From Alkalilimnicola ehrlichii MLHE-1 (lineage in GTDB: Bacteria > Pseudomonadota > Gammaproteobacteria > Nitrococcales > Halorhodospiraceae): a stretch of 32,000 bases of DNA. Under the pieces are notes generated by a model, which saw only the letters and a program-made list of their open reading frames with translations, did no database searches and was not told the DNA's origin. Where the stretch lies: NCBI RefSeq assembly GCF_000014785.1, contig NC_008340.1, positions 3,090,001-3,122,000 on the forward strand, given 5' to 3'. This document shows, one piece after another, positions 18,857 through 30,796 of this stretch; position 1 is the first letter of the stretch, and each line of letters starts with the position of its first letter. The position numbers and the translations under genes are program-made.

Positions 18857-19551
18857 GCCTCCCGCCGCTTGGCCGCCTCACTCACCAGGAAGGCGACGCC
18901 GTTCACGACCGCCACCAGGGTCAACAGGATGATGCCCAAACCCAGCGCCAGGGCGAGGTTACCCCGGCTGGTCTCCAGGGCGATGGCCGTCGTCATCACC
19001 CGGGTCACGCCGTCGATATTGCCGCCGACGATGAGCACCGCCCCGACCTCCGCGCTGGCCCGACCAAAGCCGGCCAACACCACCGTGATCAGGCTGAAGC
19101 GGGCATCCCACAACAGGGTGGGGATGGCCCGCCCCTTGGTGACCCCCAGCGACCCGAGCTGCTCGCCGTACTCCTGCCACAGGTCCTCAATCACCTGGCG
19201 GGAGAGCGCGGCGATGATGGGCAGCACCAGCACCACCTGGGCGATCACCATGGCGGTGGGGGTGAACAGCAGCCCGAACGGCCCCAACGGCCCGGCGCGG
19301 GAGAGCATCAGGTAGACCGTCAGCCCCGCCACCACCGGTGGCAGCCCCATGAAGGCGTTGAGGACCACCACGATCAGGCCCCGGCCCGGGAACCGCCAAA
19401 GCGCCACCACCGCCCCCAGGGGCAGTGCGATCAAGCTGGCGATCACCACCGCGGTCAGCGAGACCTGCAGGGAGAGGCTGACGATGCCCATCAGGGCCGG
19501 GTCAAGCCCGACGATGAGTTCCCAGGCGGTGGCGAAAGCGTTCGGCTGCAT
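18853..19551 (-). CDS. tupB: Tungstate-type ABC transporter permease
   Basis: About 232 aa from ATG 19551; LQVSLTAVVIASLIALPLGAVVAL, FMGLPPVVAGLTVYLMLSRAGPLG, GRASAEVGAVLIVGGNIDGVTRVMTTAI; overlaps the ATPase start. Confidence 0.87.
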   Translation of the reverse strand: MQPNAFATAWELIVGLDPALMGIVSLSLQVSLTAVVIASLIALPLGAVVALWRFPGRGLIVVVLNAFMGLPPVVAGLTVYLMLSRAGPLGPFGLLFTPTAMVIAQVVLVLPIIAALSRQVIEDLWQEYGEQLGSLGVTKGRAIPTLLWDARFSLITVVLAGFGRASAEVGAVLIVGGNIDGVTRVMTTAIALETSRGNLALALGLGIILLTLVAVVNGVAFLVSEAAKRREA

Positions 19552-19732
19552 GACCAGGAAAGATAGTCGGAAAACGGCTGCACTGGGGCACACAGTCTGC
19601 CGACAACCGCTGCATCATGAAATGGAAACAGCCTTACAACGCGAATATGCAGGATAAGGGGCGGCCACCGCCGGCAGCGCGGGCGATGGCCGAAGCCGAG
19701 AGGAGAGGTGGATCAAGGGCGGGCGGGGGCCG

Positions 19733-19933
19733 TCACACCGGACGCTCCTGCTTGAACCCCAGCTTGCGCAGCACCGCCATCGCCGGGCACCAGCCAGAGA
19801 ATGCGGATTGCAGCAGGTTCAGCCCGACGAAGGCGGTGAACAGCAGCCAGGCCTCGTGGTGAGCGTAGGCCAGCACCACGGTGAGCAGCACGAAGAAGCC
19901 GGCGAGCATGCGAAGTCCAGCGTTTACGGTCAT
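19733..19933 (-). CDS. DUF2892 (YgaP-type) inner-membrane protein
   Basis: 66 aa; MTVNAGLRMLAGFFVLLTVVLAYAHHEAWLLFTAFVGLNLLQSAFSGWCPAMAVLRKLGF. Confidence 0.8.
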   Translation of the reverse strand: MTVNAGLRMLAGFFVLLTVVLAYAHHEAWLLFTAFVGLNLLQSAFSGWCPAMAVLRKLGFKQERPV

Positions 19934-19978
19934 CGGTCATATCTCCCTAATCATCAGTCTCAGGAACGGCGCATCGGT

Positions 19979-21361
19979 TCAGAACCGGAAGCGCACGCGG
20001 GCATAGAGATTGGAATCCCGCTTGAACTGCCCGTAGAACGTATGGCGGTCCTTGCCGCCAAAGAGGTTGCCGCCGAAGGTGTAGGTAACGGCATCCGAGG
20101 CGCGGTAGCGGACGCTCGGACGCAGGTAGTAATCCTCGTCGGCGGGCGAGAGGTAGCTGAACAGCGACCAGATCAGATCGTCGCGCCACATGGAATAGGT
20201 CAGCCGGACGGTGACGACATCCCGGTAGGCCTCCGGCAGGTAGTCCTCGTCGGCCATCCAGCGCGCCTTCAGTTCATCGTGGTCCTGCAGCCGTTCGGCG
20301 TAGTACTGCAGGCCCAGATCGAGGTTGGCGATCAGCTCCCGGGTGTACCCCAGGAGAAACCGCACCTGGGAGTTGGGCACCCACGGTGCTGCCTTGCCGT
20401 CGCGGTTATCCACCGAGTCGTAGTAACCGATCTCGGCATTACCGATACCGCCGGCCACCGGGGCCCGCACACTGGCGCCGTAGGCGTTCAGCCGGGCGTG
20501 GGTGAGACGCGGCTGGTCCGCGGTGCCGATCTGCTCGCTGGGCTGAGGGAAAAAGCCGCGGTAGAGATAACCGGCCAGCTCCACCCCACCGACCCGCCGG
20601 GAGAGGCGGGCGGCCAGCTCGCCATCGTCCGGGAAGTCGTCCGGGGCAGTGGCGGGCAGCGACTCGGCGGTGCGCGCCCCGGTGGCGGGATCGAAGTAGG
20701 ACAGGCGATCGCCGTCGACGAAGCGGTCCGGCTCGAACACCGGGGTCCAGACCACGTCCAGGGTGACGGCGTCGCCGTACCAGGTCCCGCGCAGGGCATC
20801 GGAGGGGGCCTGCAGGTAGTCCTCGTCGCGGCCGGTCAGGAAGGATTCGAAGTCCTTGGGGAACAGATCGTTGACGAAGAGCAGGTCCCCCGTGCCCCAG
20901 GAGAGGATCTGCCGCCCGGCCCGGACATCCAGCCGGTCGCCGACGGGGAAGCTGACCCGGGCCTCGCGCAGCTCACCGCGCAACTCTTCGTCGACGCCGT
21001 CGGCCACCCCGTCGGCACGCACCCGGAAGCGGTAACGGCGCCAGTCGCCGCGCATGTCCAACTGCAGGCGGGCCTCGGCCAGGTTGTAGTCCTTGTCGGT
21101 GACCCGGTTGTTGCGGATGTGATGCCCCCCGGCGGCCTCGAAAAAGCCTTCGAGGTCGAAGGGCAGCCCGCTCTCCTCCTCCCAAGGGTCGTCCTCCCAG
21201 GGGTCATCGTCCCAGGACTCCTCCCCCCAGGCGTCGTCCTCCCACAGGTCGTCGCCCTGGGCGAGCGCCACCGGCGACCCCACGCCGAGCAGGACCGACA
21301 GCGCAACCGCGGCGATGGGCGCCGCCGCCCTGACCGTCTGATGGCCCGGCATGGCGATCAC
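19979..21361 (-). CDS. Outer-membrane beta-barrel protein (DUF1302/alginate-export-like) with acidic W-rich N-terminus
   Basis: 460 aa; signal peptide; RFRVRADGVADG, RAGRQILSWGTGDLLFVNDLFPKDF, many amphipathic strands, C-terminal YARVRFRF. GTG start overlaps the previous stop. Confidence 0.75.
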   Translation of the reverse strand: MIAMPGHQTVRAAAPIAAVALSVLLGVGSPVALAQGDDLWEDDAWGEESWDDDPWEDDPWEEESGLPFDLEGFFEAAGGHHIRNNRVTDKDYNLAEARLQLDMRGDWRRYRFRVRADGVADGVDEELRGELREARVSFPVGDRLDVRAGRQILSWGTGDLLFVNDLFPKDFESFLTGRDEDYLQAPSDALRGTWYGDAVTLDVVWTPVFEPDRFVDGDRLSYFDPATGARTAESLPATAPDDFPDDGELAARLSRRVGGVELAGYLYRGFFPQPSEQIGTADQPRLTHARLNAYGASVRAPVAGGIGNAEIGYYDSVDNRDGKAAPWVPNSQVRFLLGYTRELIANLDLGLQYYAERLQDHDELKARWMADEDYLPEAYRDVVTVRLTYSMWRDDLIWSLFSYLSPADEDYYLRPSVRYRASDAVTYTFGGNLFGGKDRHTFYGQFKRDSNLYARVRFRF

Positions 21362-22212
21362 CTCCCGCGCAACCAGTCCCGCGGCGGATTACGCAGGCTG
21401 CGCTCGCTGAACACCGCGGCCGGGATCCCCAGATCGTATTCCACGCCCCGGAACTGCACCAGGGTGTGCCCGCCGCTCTCCAGGTCGTCCACCCGCATGC
21501 GCATGGCGGTGGGATAACCATCCACCTCCCGGATGTCGGTGCTGGCGATACGCCGGTACACCTCGCCATCCTGATCCTCGTACTCGATCCGCACCGGCAG
21601 GTCGGTGGCCCGGTCGATCCAGGTGGTGTAGGCGGCGAACTCCACCGAGCCGGGGTCCCGGGGAGTGGAACGCAGCACGTAGTACTCGTCGGTGACCTCC
21701 TGCAGGGTGTGCTCGTCGTCCTCGAGATGCCGCCCGGAGACATCCTCGTAGAAGACGTGCGAGCCGACGAAGCTGGTGCGCTTGTCGCCGGGTGCGATGC
21801 GCCGCACCAGGTCCATGTCCGGCAGATAGAGCCAGCGATCGTCATCGGCCCCCGGGTGCTTTTCCACCAGGAAGACCACGTTGCGGTACTCTGAGGGCCG
21901 GCTGAAGACCACCAGGTAGTGCTGCTCACCCCCCGCCTCCACGTCGCGGCGCAGGATGGTGAACTGGCGGGTCTGCTCCCGGCCCCGGCCATCGACAATG
22001 AGCATGCGGGCCTCGGTACGGCCGTCATTGCCGGCGTAGTAAGAGGCGTTGTTGGCCCGCTCCACGATCTCGGCGGCGGTGGGCGGCTCGTCGGCGTGGC
22101 CGGCGAGCGGCAGCGCAAAGAGGGCCAGGGCCAGCGCGGCGGCGCGCAGCCGTCCCACCACCGGGGCCAACCGGGGCCGGCGCAGGCAGTGAACAGGAAC
22201 AATGTGGCTCAT
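21358..22212 (-). CDS. Outer membrane lipoprotein-sorting protein (LolA/LppX-like fold)
   Basis: ATG 22212; signal peptide; MLIVDGRGREQTRQFTILRR, DDRWLYLPDMDLVRRIAPGDKRTSFVGSHVFYEDVSGRHLEDDEH, VRIEYEDQDG. Confidence 0.83.
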   Translation of the reverse strand: MSHIVPVHCLRRPRLAPVVGRLRAAALALALFALPLAGHADEPPTAAEIVERANNASYYAGNDGRTEARMLIVDGRGREQTRQFTILRRDVEAGGEQHYLVVFSRPSEYRNVVFLVEKHPGADDDRWLYLPDMDLVRRIAPGDKRTSFVGSHVFYEDVSGRHLEDDEHTLQEVTDEYYVLRSTPRDPGSVEFAAYTTWIDRATDLPVRIEYEDQDGEVYRRIASTDIREVDGYPTAMRMRVDDLESGGHTLVQFRGVEYDLGIPAAVFSERSLRNPPRDWLRGR

Positions 22213-22235
22213 AACGGGACCTCCCATAGCGAGTG

Positions 22236-24818
22236 TCAGGCCCCCCGCCCCGTGGCGCGCGGAAAGAGCACGGGGTGGGCGTAGGCGATCAGGGCCGGTA
22301 GGGCGAACAGGGTGACCACCGCAGAGGCGGCCATGATGCTGGCCAGGAAGATACCCACCGTGACGTAGGGCATCAGCGGCGCGGCCAGCAACGGCAGGAA
22401 GCCGACGGCGATGACCACGGCGTTGCGGGTGATGGCGCAGGCGGGCTCCTGGAAGACCCGGTCCAACGCCAGGCGCCAATCGCCCACCTCGTCCAGGGCC
22501 ATGCGGCAGCGCTGGATGAAGTGGATGGCGAAGTCCACCGACAACCCGATGGACAGCGAGGACAGCACCGCCACGGGCATGTCGTAATCCTTGCCGACCA
22601 ACCCCATGACGCCGTAGATGGCGGCGATGGTGACCGTGAGCGGCAGCATCGCCAGCGCCCCCACGGTGATGGAGCGGAACAGGCCGATCATCATCAGGAG
22701 CACGACGACGAAGGCGGAGAGCAGGGCGAGGAGCATGCCGGCCACCATCTCCCCCTGCCAGACCAGGTTGATATAGGTGGCGCCGGCCCAGTCCCACTCC
22801 ACCCCCTCGGGCGGCGGATTGTCCGCGATAAAGGCATCCACGGCCTCCAGCACCCGCCCCATGTCCTGGTTGTCGCCGCTGGGGAGCTGCAGCCAGATAT
22901 TGGCCTCGGTGAAATCCGGGGTCACGAAACGCCAAAGATCGTGCGGGCGGTGCGAGCTCTGGAAGCTCAGCAGCGCCTGCGAGACGCCACCGGCGCTCGC
23001 CGGCAGCCGGTAGTCCTCCGGCTCACCGCTGACCAGCTCACGGTTGATGGTCTTCACCAGGTCCGCCAACGAACCGGCCTTGCCGATGTGGCCGCCGGCC
23101 TCCAGGTGGGCCTGCAACGCCGCCATCCAGGCCAGATGCCCGGGCTTCTGGAAGGCGCGGCTGTCCGTTCGGGCCGCCTCCACGAGGTCGAGCAGCCGCT
23201 CCCAATGGACCGCCTCGTCCAGGTCCACCGTGAACAGCAGGTCGTCGATCTCCACCGCCAGGCGCTCCAACCGGTCCCCCAGCGGGGCCTCGCCCCGGTG
23301 GGCCGCCCACAGCGCCTGCCAGCGGTCGCTGATGCCGAAGCCCTCGGCCTCCGCCTCATCGACAATCGCCTCAGCGCGGGTGCGCAGCTCGCTCTCCAGT
23401 GCGTCCTGGCCGGTCTGGCGAAGGCGCAGGTAGGCCTCGTAGGTGCCGGAGAAACGCTCGTTGAGCACGCTATCGGCGATCCGGATGTCGTGGCTGGACT
23501 TGAACCAGCGGGTGGGGTTGTCATTGATCTGGATCTGAGAGATGCCGTAGACGGCCACCACCACCAGCACCGCCAAGCCCCCGAGGACGAATCCACGGTG
23601 GCGGACGGCCTGGCGACCACCGGCCTGCAGCACGTGGCACAGCCTGGCGGTGCTGCCCGCCTCGCCATCCTGGGCCGTGCGCGTGGACATCCTGTCCAGG
23701 GCACGGCGCGGCAGCGCGGCGGTGTAGGCCGGGATGAAGGTCAGGGTCAAGACCAGCGCCACCAGCACCCCGAAGGAGATGAAACCGCCGAATACCTGCA
23801 CCGGCGGGATGGGGGTGAACAGCAGCGAGGCGAAGCCGACGCCGGTGGTCAGGGCGGTGAACAGCACGGGCTTGAACAGCCGGTCCATGACCCCGCGCAT
23901 CACCGCCCGCGGGTCGTCACCGGGCCGGTAGCGGTCGGCGAAGTTGGAGAGCACGTGGACCGAGGCGACCACCGCAATCGGCATCAGGAAGATCGGGATC
24001 ATGGAGCTCATGATGTGCACGGTGAAGCCCGTGCCGATCAGCAGCCCCATGGTGGAGATCACCGTGGCCATGGCCAGCAGCATGGGGGCCACCACCATGG
24101 GCACGCTGCGGAAGAAGTAGAGCATCACCAGGAAGATGATCAGCCCCGCCAGCGGCGCGGAAATGGCCATCTGCTGGAACATCTCCACACCGAAGGTATC
24201 CTGCGCCACCGGCTGCCCGGTGATATGGAAGGCGTCATCCACCCCCAGCCCGTCGATCACGGCGCGGATCTCCTGAGCGATCCGGTGGCTCTGGTCCTTG
24301 CTTTCCACCGGCACGAAGATCGCCGCCGCCGTGCCGTCTTCCGAGGCGAGCGTGCCCTGATACATGGGCAACCGGGCCACTGCGGTGCGGATGCGCTCCG
24401 CCTCTGCCGGGGTGGCCGGCGGCGCGGGGATCAGCCAATCGTAGTCGATGGTGCCGGGAGCGGCCTGCTCCACATTGTCCACCGCCGCCATGGAGAGCAG
24501 ATCACGGCTCACCACCCCGTCGATCTGCTCGATGGCGCGGGTCAGGTGGTAGTGGGCGGCCAGCGACTCGGGGTTGAAGACGCCGTCGGCGTGGACGTCG
24601 TTCACCTGGCCGACGACGATCATGTCGTGGAGGTTGAACTGGGTCTGGACCTGATTGTGGAGCACCCGGTCCGGCTGGTCCGCCGGCAGCATGTTCTCGG
24701 GATCGGTGTCGATCTGGATGCGCGGAATCATTGCACCCAGGACCACCACCATCAGCACCATGGCGGCGAAGATCCACCGGCGGTGGTCCATACACCAGTC
24801 CGTCAGCCGTGCACCCAT
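22236..24818 (-). CDS. MMPL/RND-family transporter
   Basis: 860 aa; N-terminal TM helix, two blocks of multiple TM segments, IFLMPIAVVASVHVLSNFADRYR and LSIGLSVDFAIHFIQRCRMAL motifs. Confidence 0.9.
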   Translation of the reverse strand: MGARLTDWCMDHRRWIFAAMVLMVVVLGAMIPRIQIDTDPENMLPADQPDRVLHNQVQTQFNLHDMIVVGQVNDVHADGVFNPESLAAHYHLTRAIEQIDGVVSRDLLSMAAVDNVEQAAPGTIDYDWLIPAPPATPAEAERIRTAVARLPMYQGTLASEDGTAAAIFVPVESKDQSHRIAQEIRAVIDGLGVDDAFHITGQPVAQDTFGVEMFQQMAISAPLAGLIIFLVMLYFFRSVPMVVAPMLLAMATVISTMGLLIGTGFTVHIMSSMIPIFLMPIAVVASVHVLSNFADRYRPGDDPRAVMRGVMDRLFKPVLFTALTTGVGFASLLFTPIPPVQVFGGFISFGVLVALVLTLTFIPAYTAALPRRALDRMSTRTAQDGEAGSTARLCHVLQAGGRQAVRHRGFVLGGLAVLVVVAVYGISQIQINDNPTRWFKSSHDIRIADSVLNERFSGTYEAYLRLRQTGQDALESELRTRAEAIVDEAEAEGFGISDRWQALWAAHRGEAPLGDRLERLAVEIDDLLFTVDLDEAVHWERLLDLVEAARTDSRAFQKPGHLAWMAALQAHLEAGGHIGKAGSLADLVKTINRELVSGEPEDYRLPASAGGVSQALLSFQSSHRPHDLWRFVTPDFTEANIWLQLPSGDNQDMGRVLEAVDAFIADNPPPEGVEWDWAGATYINLVWQGEMVAGMLLALLSAFVVVLLMMIGLFRSITVGALAMLPLTVTIAAIYGVMGLVGKDYDMPVAVLSSLSIGLSVDFAIHFIQRCRMALDEVGDWRLALDRVFQEPACAITRNAVVIAVGFLPLLAAPLMPYVTVGIFLASIMAASAVVTLFALPALIAYAHPVLFPRATGRGA

Positions 24819-25019
24819 TCAGATCCTCCCATTGCTTTCGCTTGCCGACGGCCCAAAGCGGGCGCGAGTGACATCCGCACAGGCAGAGTCCTGCCAGGCG
24901 CCCGGAATTTATATCACGTTTCTCTAATATATAATAGGGATCGCCCCCCTGCCACACCGACAACGCCGCCTCAGCACGCTATCATCGGGCCTGTCCACGC
25001 CGGCATAGTGACGACCGAC

Positions 25020-25922
25020 ATGACCTCCAACGGCCTGCCTACCCACCCGCGCTATCTGACCACCGATGAGGTGGCGGCGTACCTCCGCCTCAAACCGCGC
25101 AAGGTTTACGACCTGGTCCGCCAGGGGCTCATCCCCAGCACCAAGGTGACCGGGAAACTGCTGTTCCCGCGCGAGGTCATCGACCTGTGGATCATGAACC
25201 ACCTGGAAGGGGATCAACGCAGCACCCGGCCGGCGCCACCGGTGCTGGCCGGCAGCCAGGATCCGCTGCTGGATTGGGCCCTGCGCGAGTCCCGCACCGG
25301 CCTGGCCACCCTCTGCCGGGGCAGCGCCGATGGGGTACGGCGCCTGTTAGAAGGCGAAGCGATGGCGGCCGGCATGCACATCCTCGATCCGGAGAGCGGC
25401 GACTACAATGTACCGGCCCGCCTGGGCCTGGGCGGTATGCGCGATCTGGTGATCATTCGCTGGGCACGCCGCCGTCAGGGGTTACTGCTGGCCCCGGGTA
25501 ACCCCAAGGGTATCCATGCGCTCGCCGATCTGATCCGGCCGGGGCTGCGCATCGCCCACCGGCAATCGGAGGCCGGCGCCGATACCCTATTCCGGTGGCT
25601 GCTGGACCAGGCCGGTATCGACCGCGCCCGGCTGAATCTCACCCAGCACCCGGCCCTGTCCGAGGATGATCTGGCGCTGTCGGTGCGCCAGGGGGAGGCC
25701 GACACCGGCGTGGCGGTGGAGGCCGCGGCCCGACGGCACGGCCTGGATTTCCTCCCGCTGCACTGGGAGTGCTTCGACCTGGCCATGCGCCGACGCAGCT
25801 ACTTTGAACCGCCGGTTCAGGCATTGGTGCGCTTCGCGGGCGACCCGCGGCTGCAGGCCCATGCAGACGAGATGCAGGGCTACGACCTGAGCGACCTCGG
25901 CCGTGTCGTTTTCAATGCCTGA
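25020..25922 (+). CDS. Regulator with excisionase-type HTH plus periplasmic-binding-protein-like ligand domain (PBP-like, molybdate/tungstate-type)
   Basis: 300 aa; YLTTDEVAAYLRLKPRKVYDLVRQGLIPSTKVTGKLLFPREVIDLWI HTH, then C-terminal PBP-like domain (FRWLLDQAGIDRARLNL...GEADTGVAVEAAARRHGLDFLPLHWECFDLAM). Confidence 0.82.
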   Translation: MTSNGLPTHPRYLTTDEVAAYLRLKPRKVYDLVRQGLIPSTKVTGKLLFPREVIDLWIMNHLEGDQRSTRPAPPVLAGSQDPLLDWALRESRTGLATLCRGSADGVRRLLEGEAMAAGMHILDPESGDYNVPARLGLGGMRDLVIIRWARRRQGLLLAPGNPKGIHALADLIRPGLRIAHRQSEAGADTLFRWLLDQAGIDRARLNLTQHPALSEDDLALSVRQGEADTGVAVEAAARRHGLDFLPLHWECFDLAMRRRSYFEPPVQALVRFAGDPRLQAHADEMQGYDLSDLGRVVFNA

Positions 25923-25939
25923 ACCGCGCGACCGGGTGG

Positions 25940-26404
25940 CTAGAAAGGAATATCGTCCTCAAAGGCGCCCGCATCGTCACCCATGTTGTCCTGCCGGCCG
26001 CCCCGGTCATCCGCCGGCCGCCCGCGGGACTGCCCGCCGCCGGAGCCACCCATGTCACCCGCGCCGCCCCGGCTGTCCAGCATCTGCATATCGTTGGCGA
26101 CAATCTCTGTGGTGTAGCGGTCCTGGCCGTCCTGGCCCTGCCACTTGCGGGTCTGCAGCCGGCCCTCGATGTAGACCTTCGAGCCCTTGCGCAGGTACTC
26201 ACCGGCGATTTCGGCGAGCTTGCCGAAGAAGACGATGCGGTGCCACTCGGTGCGCTCCTGTTGCTCACCCGACTGCTTGTCGCGCCAGGTGTCGGTGGTG
26301 GCCAGGCGGACATTGGTGACCGCACTGCCGTTGGCGGTGTAGCGCACCTCCGGGTCCACGCCCAGGTTGCCGATAAGGATGACTTTATTGACGCCTCGTG
26401 CCAT
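25940..26404 (-). CDS. ssb: Single-stranded DNA-binding protein
   Basis: 154 aa; [36 protein letters not shown]..., acidic C-terminal tip [12 protein letters not shown]. Confidence 0.98.
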   Translation of the reverse strand: MARGVNKVILIGNLGVDPEVRYTANGSAVTNVRLATTDTWRDKQSGEQQERTEWHRIVFFGKLAEIAGEYLRKGSKVYIEGRLQTRKWQGQDGQDRYTTEIVANDMQMLDSRGGAGDMGGSGGGQSRGRPADDRGGRQDNMGDDAGAFEDDIPF

Positions 26405-26574
26405 GACTGCTTACTCCTGAAGATGATGACCGGCGGGGTGCCGGGTGGTTAACGTCCCTGTTGAGCCCTTCTCAGCGGCCCACTGCCTGGTCCGCGGGTA
26501 CCCCGGCGGGTGTGATCGGCCCCGGACTGGCCTGACAATCTACCGTTTTTCCCCCGACCATTAAACCCGCCCGC

Positions 26575-27795
26575 TCAGCCGGAACCCTCTGAAGCGCGGG
26601 GCGTGCCCACCGGCAACGGCGCCCGCTGGCCCCGCGCCAGCAAGGCCCAGAGCGACACCATGGCAGCACACCCCAGCATCACCCCCACCGGCCCGAAGGC
26701 CCCGGCCAGGATCCCGCCGAACAGGCCGCCGGCAAAGGCCCCCAGAAACTGGGCCGAGGCATACACCCCCATGGCCGCGCCGCGGGCCTCGCCGGGCGCG
26801 AAGCGGGACACCAGCGAAGGCATCGCGGCCTCCAGTAGATTGAAGCTGACGAAGTAAAGCCATAAGGCCACCAACCAGACCGCGACCGGCGCGGCCATCA
26901 GCAGCCCCAGGCCCATCAGCCCCAGGGCCATGGCGGTAACCGCCAGCGGGATCAGCCGGTGCATGGCGCCGCGGCGCTCGGCGATGATGAGCAGCGGCAG
27001 CATGCCCGCCACCGAGGTGATCAGCAGCGGCACCCAGACCCGCCAGTGCTGGGCCGCCTCCAGTCCGAAGCGGGCCTGGATGAGCAATGGCAGGGCCACA
27101 AAGATGCCGGTGAGCGCCGCGTGCAGCACGAAGATGCCCACGTTCAGGCGCATCAGGTCCGGGTCGGTGAGGCTGCGCCGCAGGCTGCCGGAGACCGCCG
27201 ACTGGGCGGGTCGCGCCGGGCGGGGCATGCGGGCGACAATCACCAGCCCCACCAGCGAGGCCCCCGCGGTGAGCCAGAACAACCCCTGCAGCCCGCCTAG
27301 GGCGGTGAGCGGGGGCGCCACCATCAGCGCCAGCAGGAAGGCCAGCCCCACGCTCATGCCGATGGCGGCAAAGGCGCGCGCCCGGTGGGTCTCGCGGGTG
27401 ACATCGGCGGCCAGTGCCATCACCGCCGCGGCGATGGCCCCGCCCCCCTGCAGGGCCCGCCCCAGGATCACCCCCCAGATGCCATCCGCCGTGGCCGCCA
27501 CCACGCTACCGATGGCGAATACCACCAGTCCGGCCGCAATCACCGGTTTCCGGCCCCAGCGGTCGGAGGCCATGCCCATGGGGATCTGGAGACAGGCCTG
27601 GGTGAGCCCGTAGACACCCAGAGCCAGGCCGATCAACAGCGGGGTCGCCCCCTCCAGGCCGGGGGCATAAAGGGCGAAGACCGGCAGGATCAGGAACAGG
27701 CCGAACATGCGCAGGCCAAAGACCCCGGCCAGACCCATGGCGGCACGGCGTTCGGCGGCGTTGAGCGGCGTCTTGGCGGCGGTCCGGGCAGACAC
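26575..27795 (-). CDS. MFS transporter (YajR-like)
   Basis: 406 aa; [46 protein letters not shown]; [14 protein letters not shown] motif A. Confidence 0.9.
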   Translation of the reverse strand: MSARTAAKTPLNAAERRAAMGLAGVFGLRMFGLFLILPVFALYAPGLEGATPLLIGLALGVYGLTQACLQIPMGMASDRWGRKPVIAAGLVVFAIGSVVAATADGIWGVILGRALQGGGAIAAAVMALAADVTRETHRARAFAAIGMSVGLAFLLALMVAPPLTALGGLQGLFWLTAGASLVGLVIVARMPRPARPAQSAVSGSLRRSLTDPDLMRLNVGIFVLHAALTGIFVALPLLIQARFGLEAAQHWRVWVPLLITSVAGMLPLLIIAERRGAMHRLIPLAVTAMALGLMGLGLLMAAPVAVWLVALWLYFVSFNLLEAAMPSLVSRFAPGEARGAAMGVYASAQFLGAFAGGLFGGILAGAFGPVGVMLGCAAMVSLWALLARGQRAPLPVGTPRASEGSG

Positions 27796-27910
27796 AGTGG
27801 AGCGTTCCGTTGGCGGTGGACAGGCGCGATATACTAGCAGGTTCGTTGCAAATCCCCAGCAGCGACCCCGGACACTCCCTCATCCCGCAAGGAGGAGCCC
27901 CAGCGCAGGC

Positions 27911-30733
<2,823 letters not shown>

Positions 30734-30796
30734 CCCCCGGCCACGGGGCAACGCTGCGGCGCCGGGGTGGATCGATGATGTCGCGCACCCCGGTGG

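Noticed and set aside
22213-22935. In-frame N-terminal extension of the lipoprotein-sorting protein to 22935
   Set aside because: The extension overlaps the MMPL gene and has no domain; a proper signal peptide begins at ATG 22212.
22521-25922. 1133 aa plus-strand ORF in the track
   Set aside because: The first ~830 codons are antisense to the MMPL gene with H/Q/G-rich low-complexity translation typical of high-GC shadow frames. Only the part from about 25020 is a believable gene.
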